Shown here piece by piece: positions 15,001 to 21,557 of a stretch of DNA of 64,000 nt (within the stretch, counting starts at the first letter, position 1; each line of letters opens with the position of its first letter). Source of the DNA: Rhynchopus sp. YZ270_cl-10. Taxonomy: Eukaryota. The position numbers were made by a program, and so were the translations under genes. The DNA lies in the NCBI GenBank assembly GCA_964035575.1, contig OZ037842.1, positions 620,001 through 684,000 on the forward strand. Reading direction: 5' to 3'. Below the pieces are notes generated by a model, which searched no databases, had not been told where the DNA came from, and saw only the letters and a list, made by a program, of their open reading frames with translations.

Positions 15001-18000
15001 CATTGTGTGCAGTACGGGTAGTTCACGAAGGGAGGCGTCGTGTCCAGACATGCGTCGCATGCGGGTGTGAACCTGTCCGTATCGCACGCACATCCTGTCG
15101 AAGGCAGGAAACGTTGGTCCTTGCAGCGGCATGTGCACAAGGTGCCTGTCGCATCAACCACTGCTTCGAGTGTGTTGGATGGGACAGCACACGCTGCGGA
15201 TACGTTGCAAGATGCGCACGTCACTTGAGAGTCAACAACCGAAGATGTGTAACCCGCGGCACACGACGCACACGACGGAGGAGCATAGCCTGGCAGACAT
15301 TGGCACGAACAGCCGCCGTCGGTCTTCTGCACGGAGGAGGCACGAGAGCTGCAGTTCCCTGCTATGGAGCACAACACACAGTTGGGGTACACGCCAGAAT
15401 ACAGAGGCGCGCACGCATCGCATGTGGCAGAGTATTGAGCCGCGCATTCATCACAGTTGTCTCCACTCCACTGGGTCTCTGCTGAGCACACACAGGTGCA
15501 TGTGTTTTGTGCGTCCACTGTTGCAGTTCCATGTTCGCAAGGACAAGCCTCGCACGCAATGCAGTTTCCTCGCGCCGTTTGCGCACATCTGTACCCGCCT
15601 GCTGTGTCGCACTCACTGCAGTTTGCACCACCCCAACCTGCCTTGCACGTACAGTTGCAAGCATCGCCACTCACAGCAGCCACGTTCGTCCCAAGAGCAT
15701 TGCAAGGCGAGCTGGTTGTACACGGGTCGCAACGCAGTAGAGCCCCAGCCCCGTTGTACACAGGGACGGATGTGGGCTGGCATTTGTCGCATGTGGTTTG
15801 GTCGTACTTCTCGTCGCATTCATTACACAGGGCCCCTGTCCAGAGGTCCTTGCACGGCCCGCAGGTGCAGGCGCTGCTGTCTGCAGTTGGGAAAGGAGAG
15901 TGAGCATTCCCATTGCAGACGTCCGTGCAGTCCTTTTCGCAGTTGGTGCCGTAGTACGGCGCGGTGCACAGACAGCCACAGTCCGTGCAGTGTCCCCTTC
16001 CTGAGCAGATGTTGGAGGGGTAGCCGGGGCACGTTGTATTGCAGTCGGCGCCACAGGTGCCCTCTTGGCAGTTGCACTTGCACTGGCCACCTTGGACACT
16101 CTGGCTGCCTCCGTTCAAACATGCAGGACACCCACACTCCTCCGGCAGGGGTACCTTGCCCTCGCACGATGTGCAGTGCGGCCCGTACGTCAGCGCAGAG
16201 CAGTTGCATGTGAGGAACTCTTCGCCGCCAAGCACCTGGCATTCTGCGTCAGCACCACTGTTGCATGACCCCCCGTTCAGGCAGTAGCACTTGCACGAAC
16301 AGGAAGGTCCCCCGTAGTTAGCATCGCACACACACGACCCGTGCCCCACATTCGCAAGACTCTCCTGGAACGTCCCACGTCCCGTGCAGCACGCTGTCTC
16401 AGCCGTGTCCCCATTGTCCACCAGCTGCGTTCCAAACCGGTTCACAGCCCGTCCCGAGACGGGGGTAGCTTCGTTGGACCCGTCCAGACACGCAGGGGCG
16501 GGCAGCCTTGGGCAGCATATGTCATTCTCAAGCACTGTCACTGCAAGCTGGGTTGAGTGGCACGTGGCATCAGGGTACGACACCCCGACCAGGTCGGGGC
16601 GCAGCTTGAGCACGATAGTGTCGGCTGCAGGCAGGATCTTCTGGTCGTCGCCCACAAGGAACTGCGGGTTGACACCTGTGCCCTCGGCAACGAACTTGCC
16701 GGTGAACTCTATCTTGCCAGGTGCTTGCCAGGCGAGTGTTGCTGTTGATGCGTTCTCGTACTTGAGGTCGATGCCCGACGCACCTGCAGGGCCGCCAAGC
16801 AGCTTTGCTGTGAACTCAAAGGTGGCACCTTCGAAGACAGTCTTAGACGTGATGTCTGCCTCGTGGTCCAGAAGGGGGATCTCCACCATTCGGATTGTGA
16901 ACTCCTCTGAATGCGTCTTTGTGCCATCCGCGTCCACGTACGTCAGTGTCGCCACCGCCCTGTACGAACCCGGCTGCACGTTCCCGTTCATCGACAGCTT
17001 CGCTGTGTTGGTCGACACACCGCCCACTCCGGTGGTCGTGCTCGTCGCCACAGACCCGTCTGCGTTGTAGTACGACCACACACTCTGCCCTGCCGGCGCA
17101 GTCACAATCGCACCCGACGTGTTGTGTGTGGGTGTCGAAATGATGAGCGAACCTGTCCATGCGTCACCTGTAGACATCGTGAACTTGATGGTGAAGGTGT
17201 GTTCTGCACAGGCAGAGCTGATGTGCACGAGCTCTGCATCTGAGTAGGTTGGGGACGTCACTTCTCCTGTCACTTGGGGGATGGGCGCGGTCTCCACACT
17301 CAGTGTGCGGGAAAGCTCGCGCGTGAAGGCCTCCGAGAGACAGGGGTCGACGCCTGACGCTGCAATGTGCACTTGGTATTGCCCCACCGCCCCGTCGTTG
17401 AGGTAGGTGCCGCTGTAGCGCCCGTCACCACTGTCGTCATGGAGGGTGATCTTGACCTGCGTGCCTGAGGGTGACGTCACTGTTGCGACCATAGTCACCC
17501 CGGTCACGGGCACGAGCGTGTCCTGTGGAGAGACGTACGCCTGGATCGCCACTGGATACTTTGCGAACACCGAGGCCGGGAGGATCGCTGTCAGCACCAT
17601 CTTGCTGGACCCTGTCACACGCACACTGACGGGAAGCGTTGTTGCTGACCCGATGTCAGCGACGCTGTGACCCTTCACCGCGACAGAGTACGTTGTGGGT
17701 GTGTCCGGAAGGATCCACCCTTTGCCGGTGGAGTCGCTGAACCACTCTACCGTCCCGTCTGCTGAGGAGGTTTCTGTGAGGATGTCGCCTGAGGGTAGGG
17801 TGAGGGCGAGCTGCACCTGTGAGAGGGCACCGGAGGAGACGGAGATGCGGATGGTGACGGGGCTTGCCCTGCTGTCGACGACGACGGACATGGTTGCTGT
17901 CTCTCCCTGCCGCACGCTCACTGTGCGTGTGAAGAGCAGTGCCGTACCGGTGGTCTCCTCAAAAAAGTCGGAGTACACGCTGAGCAGGTCCGACGACGAG

Positions 18001-21000
18001 GCTGCGTACCTAAACAGCCCACTGCTGCGCGAGGCAAGCTGTGTCAGCTTCGTGGCAGCATCGCCCTGCGCGCAGCTTGCGTTGAGGCACACTGTGTAGA
18101 TCTTGATACCACGCTCCCTCGCAACGTCTGCAAGGTCCTTGTACTTCTGAATAGTCGTGTCAGCATTGTCCGGTGAGTCCTCCCCATCCGTCAGCACCAT
18201 AACCGCCTCCGGCAGATCTGTGTCCGTAGAAGCAAGCTGGTCCAGCCCTTTCTGCGTACCCGCAATGATCTTGGTTGTCCCGAAGTAGAACGGGAACAAA
18301 AACGCCTTCACGTAGTTGCGGTTCGTGGAGGTCAGCTGGGTAGGGAAGAGGTAAGGGAACGCGGCAGAGGAGAAGTACGTGATGCTGACATAACTCCCGT
18401 CAAGCATCTTGTCGATAACCGCCTTGGTGGCGGTGATGCGCTTTGCCTCTGCGTCCATCCACATCATCGACCCTGACGAGTCCAGCACGATCGCAAGCTC
18501 CAGACCTTTCCCCTTCCACTTCAATGCACCCGACACTGTCACCGTTGCTGCTGACGGTGCGCTGGCACAGTCACCTCCAGCGCGCACTGCCACCGTCACA
18601 GGACACAACCCACCCGACAGAGCTACCGAGGCACCCGGCGAAAGATAGTTACATCCACTTGTGTGTGGTGGAGGCCGGATGACGATGGTGTGCAGCTGTG
18701 CGTCTGTGTCGAAGAGGACGAGCGCAGTGGTGGGGGTGGTGCCGACGTGGACTGTGAAGGACGCAGAGGAGAGACGCGCTGGGCGGCCACCCACAGTGAC
18801 ATTGACAGAGAGCGCTACTGCTGGGAGTGGCGCCTGTGCATCGCCGACAGCAAGCGGCGAGGCCGTGGTGGGAGAGAGCACGGCAATCTCCATGGTGCCC
18901 TTCACGAAGGCAAGCGTGTTCCAGATCTGCTTCACACCATCGGGGTCGAGCTCGCTAGTGTACGTAATCTCTACACGCAGGCTGTACACAGCGTCCGTAG
19001 GCGAACCATCCAACGCAGTAAATGTGTTCTCCACCTCCACATTCCCAAAGCTGTTCAACGTCACCGGAACCGACATTGGCACTGTCTCCTCTGGTGTTGT
19101 GTCCACCATTGTAGCGATGATGTTCGTTATCGTGACAGTTTGCGAGGTGGGGTTCACAAAACGGAGCTTAAGTGTGTGCCCCACGGCATCGGCAGTAATG
19201 GTGGCGCAGAGGTCAAGCGCAGTGGTCACTTGACACGAAAAGCAGACGGACTTTGCAGTGAGCGGTGCGTACACGGCGCGCTCTATCGCGTACCCCACTG
19301 AGGACACACCTGAGGAGGTGCAGACTGCGTCGGACTCCCCGTTGAGACATTGCCCGTCAATGAGCTGCCATTTTACACATGAACGAGAGAGGCAACAGGC
19401 CTCCGCACAAAGCGTCAAACTCGCAGCATCTGTCACGGCACGCATTCCTGTACAGGTCTGCCCATCAATGGCATCGCCGTTCGTACAGCGTGACGATGCG
19501 TCTGCTGTCTGCACATCTGTGTGCAGTGTTGCGCTGCCCACCATGCCCCCATCACCTGCTATCGTCAGCGGCGCGTACAGACCGGGACCCATATTGAGGT
19601 TGCTGCCACCAGCGCCGAACAGCGCCTCCCCACTGCCCTGCACAGAGTATACTTCACCCTCAAAGCTACCACGCCCCGTCAGTGTGCCGCCAACCTGACT
19701 GTACACCAACATTGCTGAAATCGACACCGACCCACCCCCAGACATATAACACTGACTCTGCAGGTCACCTTGGCCTAATGAGTTGCGCGTCAACCCGGAG
19801 AGTGTGAGCTTCACGTCAAACCCGTTGCTGTACTGGCGTGTAATGCCAGCAAGGCCGCTGTCGATGAGGGTCACCTTGTGGAGGGTGCCTTCGATGAGCG
19901 CAGTGCCGTTGGGGAAGCGTCTGAGGTCGAGACACCATGTGTCCTTGCATTCGAGGAGGGTGTCCTGTGCACCGGAGACCTTGAGTGCAGACTGCAGACC
20001 ACTTCTGCTGGGCCTGCAGGAGGTGTCGAGGATCGCGTCCCGCAGTTGGTATTCCTCTGCAGACTCGAGGTCGAGGCAGCGGTAGTTGTCCTCTACGGCA
20101 CAGTTCGCGTCGCAACCATCACCGGCATCGCGTCCACAGTCGTCACAGGTTTCGCCAGATTCGGTCAAACAGTTGCCACATACGGGTTCATCATAGAGAA
20201 TCACGGCACGTCCATCTGCCCCCTGACGTTCAATGCCGCCGCCCCTCCCTGCGTCGCCTGAGTAGAAGATGCTGTAGCTCTTCGCGACAATCGAGCGGAC
20301 AGAGTCAGACGTTGCGACAGAGACACCGGAGCAGAGGTTGACGCCACCAGCTCCTCCTTCCGTTGCATCGGGGGTGGCGTCGTGGCCTTCACTGCAGGTG
20401 CATTTTGAGGTGGCTTTGTCGCCGCAGTCTGCGCTGTGCGAAGATACATTTACACAAAGCGAGGCACACATCGCGTCGGTCACCCCATCTGCCGCACCAC
20501 TCCATAAACTGCAGGCAGAGGTGACAGAGGACGCATCTCCACCAGACTGCGTGCTGCTCCCCGCACCGCCTCCACCTGCAGTTGCGATGTGGACACCATC
20601 GAGGTAGATACGCGTGGAGCCACCACCTTTTCCTGTTGTACCTCCGGTTCCCTTTGAAATGGTGACAGCAGCGTTGCCTTGCACCGCGAATTTTACTTCA
20701 CAGAACGCGCCGTGGCCACCGTGGCCGACAATAGGGACGAAGGAGAAACCGTTTGCGGCGCAGCCAGCAGCATTGTCGTTGTACGTCGGCATCACCTCAG
20801 AGGCAACCGCCCCGCCATCCCACGCACTGAGTTTGTAGCAACGCCCTGCAGTCGATGCGGCAGACCCCCCTCCACCGCCCCACAGAAGCGCGGTAATCGT
20901 TTTCGTATTTTCAGGCACCGTAAAAGAGGCCTCCGTCGACGACGGAACGAACACCTTAGTAAACCCTGGGTAGGCCTCCTTGCTGGGGTTCCCCCGAGTA

Positions 21001-21557
21001 GTACCACTCTCTTGGGTGAAGAACACTGCGTCCAGACAGACATTCGGCTGCGACGAAGGGTCAACCCGAATCTCACTGATTTTCCAATCCTGCCCGGTTT
21101 GCTCAAACAAACCGTCCACTGAGGTGCTCCGCGTTGCCCCTACCACGCCGTTTTCATTAACAAACGACACTGTCCACGCGACTCCCGAATGATATACATC
21201 TAACGCTGCGGCTTTGACCGCTGTGGGGAAGGTTACTTTAAAACTGGTCATCCCTCTGCAAAGACAGCCGGGGCCGTTTGTTACACCGAGACCGTCCCCT
21301 CGACGGTTGTACGCAGACAAGGCGGACAGCCCACTGACGTAGTACGGATCCTTCGAGGCAACCCGAAATGCAGTGTTGCTATCGCTCGTCAACGTGAAGG
21401 AGGGTGAGAGGGACTCGACCTGACGGCAGACATCATTCGGCAGCGCGGAGACGTCTCCCGCAGCCCCCTGCATCGTCGCCTCATATTGGTAGTCACTACG
21501 CACAGCACTGCCCGCTCCTATCCAAAGCAGCAAGAGCACTCCACCCGAAGCACTCAT
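1..21557 (-). CDS. Giant intronless secreted/cell-surface protein (>7,180 aa, 3' end outside the window): signal peptide, Gly-rich domain, Cys-rich repeat, VWA domain, long EGF/laminin-like repeat array
   Basis: ATG at 21557 gives MSASGGVLLLLWIGAGSAVRSDYQ. The same frame reads ...DATGNC at positions 20-3. The ORF track has no stop-terminated minus ORF in this frame across 1-21557, consistent with one open frame running off the window. Hand-translated motifs: FTVPENTKTITALLWGGGGG (~20870-20925), CGNCLTESGETCDDCGRDAGDGCDANCAVE (~20090-20180), ELAIVLDSSGS...VMVLTDGED (~18180-18500), and recurrent C-x-G-[HR]-G/A...CxCxC-x-N-x-W-x-G-xx-C-xx-CP units. Confidence 0.93.
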   Translation of the reverse strand, partial: MSASGGVLLLLWIGAGSAVRSDYQYEATMQGAAGDVSALPNDVCRQVESLSPSFTLTSDSNTAFRVASKDPYYVSGLSALSAYNRRGDGLGVTNGPGCLCRGMTSFKVTFPTAVKAAALDVYHSGVAWTVSFVNENGVVGATRSTSVDGLFEQTGQDWKISEIRVDPSSQPNVCLDAVFFTQESGTTRGNPSKEAYPGFTKVFVPSSTEASFTVPENTKTITALLWGGGGGSAASTAGRCYKLSAWDGGAVASEVMPTYNDNAAGCAANGFSFVPIVGHGGHGAFCEVKFAVQGNAAVTISKGTGGTTGKGGGSTRIYLDGVHIATAGGGGAGSSTQSGGDASSVTSACSLWSGAADGVTDAMCASLCVNVSSHSADCGDKATSKCTCSEGHDATPDATEGGAGGVNLCSGVSVATSDSVRSIVAKSYSIFYSGDAGRGGGIERQGADGRAVILYDEPVCGNCLTESGETCDDCGRDAGDGCDANCAVEDNYRCLDLESAEEYQLRDAILDTSCRPSRSGLQSALKVSGAQDTLLECKDTWCLDLRRFPNGTALIEGTLHKVTLIDSGLAGITRQYSNGFDVKLTLSGLTRNSLGQGDLQSQCYMSGGGSVSISAMLVYSQVGGTLTGRGSFEGEVYSVQGSGEALFGAGGSNLNMGPGLYAPLTIAGDGGMVGSATLHTDVQTADASSRCTNGDAIDGQTCTGMRAVTDAASLTLCAEACCLSRSCVKWQLIDGQCLNGESDAVCTSSGVSSVGYAIERAVYAPLTAKSVCFSCQVTTALDLCATITADAVGHTLKLRFVNPTSQTVTITNIIATMVDTTPEETVPMSVPVTLNSFGNVEVENTFTALDGSPTDAVYSLRVEITYTSELDPDGVKQIWNTLAFVKGTMEIAVLSPTTASPLAVGDAQAPLPAVALSVNVTVGGRPARLSSASFTVHVGTTPTTALVLFDTDAQLHTIVIRPPPHTSGCNYLSPGASVALSGGLCPVTVAVRAGGDCASAPSAATVTVSGALKWKGKGLELAIVLDSSGSMMWMDAEAKRITATKAVIDKMLDGSYVSITYFSSAAFPYLFPTQLTSTNRNYVKAFLFPFYFGTTKIIAGTQKGLDQLASTDTDLPEAVMVLTDGEDSPDNADTTIQKYKDLADVARERGIKIYTVCLNASCAQGDAATKLTQLASRSSGLFRYAASSSDLLSVYSDFFEETTGTALLFTRTVSVRQGETATMSVVVDSRASPVTIRISVSSGALSQVQLALTLPSGDILTETSSADGTVEWFSDSTGKGWILPDTPTTYSVAVKGHSVADIGSATTLPVSVRVTGSSKMVLTAILPASVFAKYPVAIQAYVSPQDTLVPVTGVTMVATVTSPSGTQVKITLHDDSGDGRYSGTYLNDGAVGQYQVHIAASGVDPCLSEAFTRELSRTLSVETAPIPQVTGEVTSPTYSDAELVHISSACAEHTFTIKFTMSTGDAWTGSLIISTPTHNTSGAIVTAPAGQSVWSYYNADGSVATSTTTGVGGVSTNTAKLSMNGNVQPGSYRAVATLTYVDADGTKTHSEEFTIRMVEIPLLDHEADITSKTVFEGATFEFTAKLLGGPAGASGIDLKYENASTATLAWQAPGKIEFTGKFVAEGTGVNPQFLVGDDQKILPAADTIVLKLRPDLVGVSYPDATCHSTQLAVTVLENDICCPRLPAPACLDGSNEATPVSGRAVNRFGTQLVDNGDTAETACCTGRGTFQESLANVGHGSCVCDANYGGPSCSCKCYCLNGGSCNSGADAECQVLGGEEFLTCNCSALTYGPHCTSCEGKVPLPEECGCPACLNGGSQSVQGGQCKCNCQEGTCGADCNTTCPGYPSNICSGRGHCTDCGCLCTAPYYGTNCEKDCTDVCNGNAHSPFPTADSSACTCGPCKDLWTGALCNECDEKYDQTTCDKCQPTSVPVYNGAGALLRCDPCTTSSPCNALGTNVAAVSGDACNCTCKAGWGGANCSECDTAGGYRCAQTARGNCIACEACPCEHGTATVDAQNTCTCVCSAETQWSGDNCDECAAQYSATCDACAPLYSGVYPNCVLCSIAGNCSSRASSVQKTDGGCSCQCLPGYAPPSCASCAAGYTSSVVDSQVTCASCNVSAACAVPSNTLEAVVDATGTLCTCRCKDQRFLPSTGCACDTDRFTPACDACLDTTPPFVNYPYCTQCNDTLHCNGRSTSIVATDNKLGCNCTCTDSYTGVDCGTCPSKYAGNCDKCADGRITYPSCTTCDGHCNGGTASTNADQTECICTECPGSFTVASNCTECALPYALHWVGDVLTCEKCAAGLSEFPTCSECTNAGNCSGNGNAVSDGFSCTCECENKWNNSDCSTCPEGYDSATCSSCTDAVVCGHCSVSADCHGKADSVTENADGSCACQCRNNWNTADNCHTCADPYTSASDCKACKEGYIGDVTACVQCTTDVHCNSRASNVTSNGATCHCTCHGQWKHIDCSHCQSKYNQTTCQQCEPPRVGYPTCSTKCRDRDCNTPYGRSVPEAGEDPQVCVCVCETGYSGADCTGCAAGYVLDDGVCRQCSDATDCSDHGTATAVDGVCVCSCHENTQFNGDQCEQCPHNYEQDQCVNCAQDFSGPSCVACTKTSPCHGAGTASASVVDGVCKCSCKNDTQWGGAACVECEAIFEQAECASCAAMRYNYPECELCSDAVDCNGHGAAAVNANKSDCSCTCNPHWAPPACATCLAPYYGANCDVCAPGRINYPECRQCNQSDCNSRAKSISTDLSQEACVCECEDGFTGPTCSSCKNGYFGVNCTQCSPAKHCANRASHVTSNADKTGCLCTCDDQWSGDDCSGCASMFEQTECKQCAEAYVWSNATACRPCSLSTDCCGATQGEQCLPLRAPSVATDATHSQCLCNCTLGQWASDSCGVCDPKYDAACTECAQGRTGYPLCPECVAATHCSGHGSVNITASIGGKCACTCQNQWYGDTCAQCKEGFDTAKNCAQCLSGWQPDPTDAASCVQCDAEVHCTGRGNVTSPNGEKCVCTCDNQFKPDDCSNCPAIYVQDDCGSCAGGYAGYPKCEQCTDAVHCSGQGVVDASVIDSAICKCKCDNKWEGDTCDSCPSKYNRDAGCTGCALGYKFVNNDCILCTVENHCNSHADTMAPGCSCQCRNEWKDADCNSCESKYDTMTKDCGACSGDLVDFPECRDCTLFDCNNHGTGKVLNNVSCTCDCQPGYTVETQCGECAEGFVKQNDGTCAECTQMLAQCNAGGTGTPGVRVVGGACECQCQGVFDMPLCSECNATLFTQDCTGCAAGRAYFPQCTSCTSEGSCNGKGIAAVVADECTCTCTTFFQQPYCDSCIATHTGPLCEQCVNGYLPSSNGSCVMCSADDDCNGHQAFVNEAGACECRCAVGYAGASCDTCDVGYIRDAALQVCKRCTLAMCGGAAKTSTSTSTGGVSTQCECTCKDYWTLAADQTCTECAHANYDDSCNPCKDGYRLRKPTGAAPVCELCDHTIHCGSGASDAVLVGTETCKCVCRSGYEGELCDRCPAVYNNATADCDACTDVTATPWPDCQTTQCPTNWFNPPDCVPCTAAEHCSGNGAVTGVTPSQTSCTCECREGYTGSDCGRCANGYYRQETACVPCNLAVCGGDSTRVHPPTVSIDGTCECVCKNHWRGATCSECDAAYETVTCLHPKCTVVSHCSSHADSITADPDCQCACQNKWLPPTCGTCPSAYTEQSNCKECSSGYKNVGTTCVRCTAATDCSSQGSVMFDAAGGVCNCSCAAKFTGDACETCEVKYDQVTCARCADGFAGFPDCPQCDDASDCNGAGDARSNTDRSKCVCVCDQSKGVTGERCGECRDGWVNFVPGSGCTRCEDVLTCTGQGQHVESVSQTQCKCVCPNERFVDGCTECLPKWTGPTCDECADSSMAFPACDPCTNAVHCNDRSTTPPVLNNAGNACKCDCENNWHGDACELCDEQYDPTTCSTCGELYVKATNDFPAANGNECRECDRDIDCSGQGEPVATLGDHATCKCSCDDNTNWYGNTCTQCDWRLAADCNSTCIEGYVMAQVPAGSPHECLIVSNTLTCTFVGKDLKFYDPSTPGMLLKITAKLSAGTAVPGEGTFFIGSKEVAGGTWTTPQRFKVEVEEAQGRNTYEFEFMDEGSFPRILQAKYATALPPAVVVPATLLVWSDLMVDAPCLRQRADPPCTTCVLCSIDLHCNGNAVAVSSSSDGTTCECECKPQWTGDTCDTCASDLYTDGCTACTTQGLSFPYGCGDCTSEVHCRNRATSVTKDADGVCKCVCKTNFSGDRCELCPFPFTGPDCDACLTGYVGDACTPCTCVQNGNGVVPTGAACSECVCKKRTFAPPDCSSCRGGLLEPHCLQCPDSHFFNDTAVECRNCSEDLDCSGNAIGVQSVAAGAVGGALRWKCTCDCKPGYTGPDCSSTLPPPASCTLEGYCNSNALSAAFNEDGECVCFCKSGYTGTQCDSCENGYDHDTGCRTCVFGYVDACRGNCLRADCVLCSVQKDCNGRGQLMTSQPECNWPSVNLEFRGGADGKNKNVTSSGRLRLNGKLFGVQGRWVDANTYAAIRPDLGGCEYVVRFSLTDRIVSSCGPVGAWQNGTVHERFEEWVVQPACLAPPQCGCLCNSPWQAPSCEWCDPTLFDSQTCTKCSPKRINFPTCTLCSSVPHCTGRAKVWDDILANEDGQTCDCPCRGKWFGSRCQHCPPGMNVGYEPGWNDYQPGTPQCWTCRSGYERQPDGTCTQCTVDQHCFGHAVTELWSIQGDRCRCRCQNEFRDSSRNCEVCLPGYSEATDCKMCELGYHRQPSAADDVTGRYECRVCVFSEWCNGRGLTIFRDPEDPYQCACTCRNGWTGPRCSVCPSNMGGDDCDECAYGFYGEVPDCKKCEQECVNGNVSAQCGCSCRNKWTGSLCETCNPKYDSAEGDCDICAPDRAIWPDCVKCSVAAHCNGATHASAARPSDDRSTCLCECKVPYSLPTCNTCDQTKYNLACTGCVAGLVDFPACGECTTATHCNNRGVNVSVVGTECVCHSCEDEWSGLSCNTCSDPKYNPETCNSCANGTHTYPECSSCKQTFCHTKGTLTAPSDGVLCKCRCKPTFTGDKCDTCVDGYLWNGGRCDRCLPGHAPFRANGEGCSPCTNAALCSGHGVALAGHPTLLPVNPLTGQCSCECRNQWRGDACGTCPERFESLTDCLLCAGDRLSDAPLCTKCSVAEHCNGNADGVSMSLSRQQCICDCKAGWTGAACDVCLPKFVQKISCMTPDYLRCPTGSDGVPYTVQEGCTRPLKGCVLIDEQNFECAHPDGNTTAPQCCEQGSFGEDSCVDVGKITSCTPCDKDLDCNGRAVKACTHEATGTCICKCENFWENDPATGDKCSYCPSRYTGDNCDTCASDYVTHETPCDKQCTVERDCSGSASSVLADHDENKCECHCNEGHTGPSCKKCEDGYAKEDGVCVVCNATDHCSGHGEPTGTVYNRCQCKCRNEWLGAECGVCPVRFNATNDCLGCAAGHAGPDCDMCTVLAHCSGNAVLVEPNAEMSECVCTCRGEWKDSLAKCDHCNPVLHDGLGCDRCRPGRINFPNCTECTNAMHCNGNAAAPTAVTSDDVQESCLCVKCRNYWRGDECSECPLKYDTSLDCGACAEGFVGYPNCTQCNVPTSCSGNAYNTTSDGVTCQCNCRNSWQGASCDVCPSQYNSSAAADCGVCEDASLAYPLCLKCDVDTHCSGHAVGVKVNEADATKCTCTCRNNWEGERCNTCPSMFATRPDCDLCRNGYEELSFTDGHAVTCKKCTSADHCNGRAEIVSGNGKTCTCDRCIDNWDEGSGCSSCPSIYNQNTCNECANGVKPDCAQCTSTQHCSGHASVAVPNENQTACECFCQTGYSGAQCQRCAPGYVWDADVCVQCTRATHCNGENSVSVLTNRDQTQCACRCSHQWEGDSCGDCPEKYDQTTCNTCASGRYDYPICRECLDSHCYNRATAYVANDRCNCGTCEGQWGGDRCQQCTPSQLYNAKCNACGAHRINYPTCTECTMDAIGCVRANTWFVRRSSTVQCNCDCRNRWWGPTCANCPEGFDASTGCKECATHHGYVSDVRNNQAVCVRCTTHNFCHGSGSSSAEVVSGECVCKCRNNWAGAQCDVCPSVFTTESDCTDCTAGYYKAANAEVCLACRSEVHCSGRATAVTSENGVCKCTCKPGTLGAACESCNAAGGYFDEVASCRKCTQDTLCGPGTEFSYVSEDKCLCSCKPTHAWAAGCYTCAEGYVHSSDGAQDCASCGSGYFHPVSDPTKCEECPSNRCNGRGDMRANQEQTGCVCTCQHPFAGAACDECVTGFTLSADASQCVCDTGSVMTAQGACRTCSAEVDCKGQGAAWANPGDLSCTCNCSAQWTGDACATCDAKYDQQTCARCASGRVNFPDCTECTASICEGGVLIGTDFENTKCLCSCLENWSGENCTVCPARFNKPDCKTCSDAGASEPGCGDCTDDDCSAHGTVVTQNPPVDGIRCKCTCSGNFAGDKCQRCKTGFAGANCDVCQVGYAGASCTQCTNDGDCNGRNADPSFVFSTDGVCECTCNSKFTGLQCGTCPSPYTGVGCDECEDPRVNFPLCTACAGDVHCKGHGVAYRKTASSCGCRCHAGYRGSSCGLCDVGYIRGQDELCHKCELSPNCASTTSNSDQTKCVCACRNSWAGDACDVCPDSRDAATDCKDCASAHIVVGSSCVGCSIPLHCNNRSDSVETSLDGKRCVCRCSGNWDGLRCEVCPSNFAGPNCDKCAANHAGPECTRCENAVCNGNGVSIPNTDASACVCKCAGQYTSESLCTHCPAKYDDTACTSCASLRVDYPACTKCGDCSGRGVPTTDVAHTTCKCTCPNRWTGPDCDVCPYGFDSATDCVECDALGGFYPSLVENGKAVQCTKCTSAAWCNGRGTTIVAENGGCVCTVCANNWQGDRCETCPDAYDPTDGECSSCAAGYYVSGASCKSCATEYNCGTGAAASVVSASGDTCECECKASWEKDAQGLCTHCPPQFCAGCETEGETCSSCKEGHAHYPVCFQCTGNTTHCGNNGVAFVEDGACGCQCSGHYVGDSCDICPHPYSGAQCQQCAEVGLVYPACGCSLSACNGNGVEVSFAADGESCSCSCRNYYEEATNCATCPEGYSALRDCAVCKHKWASSMVAGSLVCRECTATNDCSSNGVPSGTDATGNC
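17960..18510 (-). other. von Willebrand factor A domain with MIDAS inside the giant ORF
   Basis: Translation contains LELAIVLDSSGSM (DxSxS), GTTKIIAG (T), VMVLTDGED (D), GIKIYTV and KLTQLASRSSGLF, the canonical VWA pattern. Confidence 0.9.
20200..20930 (-). other. Glycine-rich domain (ALK/LTK Gly-rich-like) inside the giant ORF
   Basis: FTVP...WGGGGG, GHGGHGA, GKGGGST.IYL, IATAGGGGAG and GADGRAVILY occur in the order typical of this fold. Confidence 0.6.

Noticed and set aside
59..21192. Numerous plus-strand and off-frame minus-strand ORFs of 60-451 aa
   Set aside because: They are shadows of the single giant minus-strand ORF, produced by its GC-rich, Cys-rich codon pattern.
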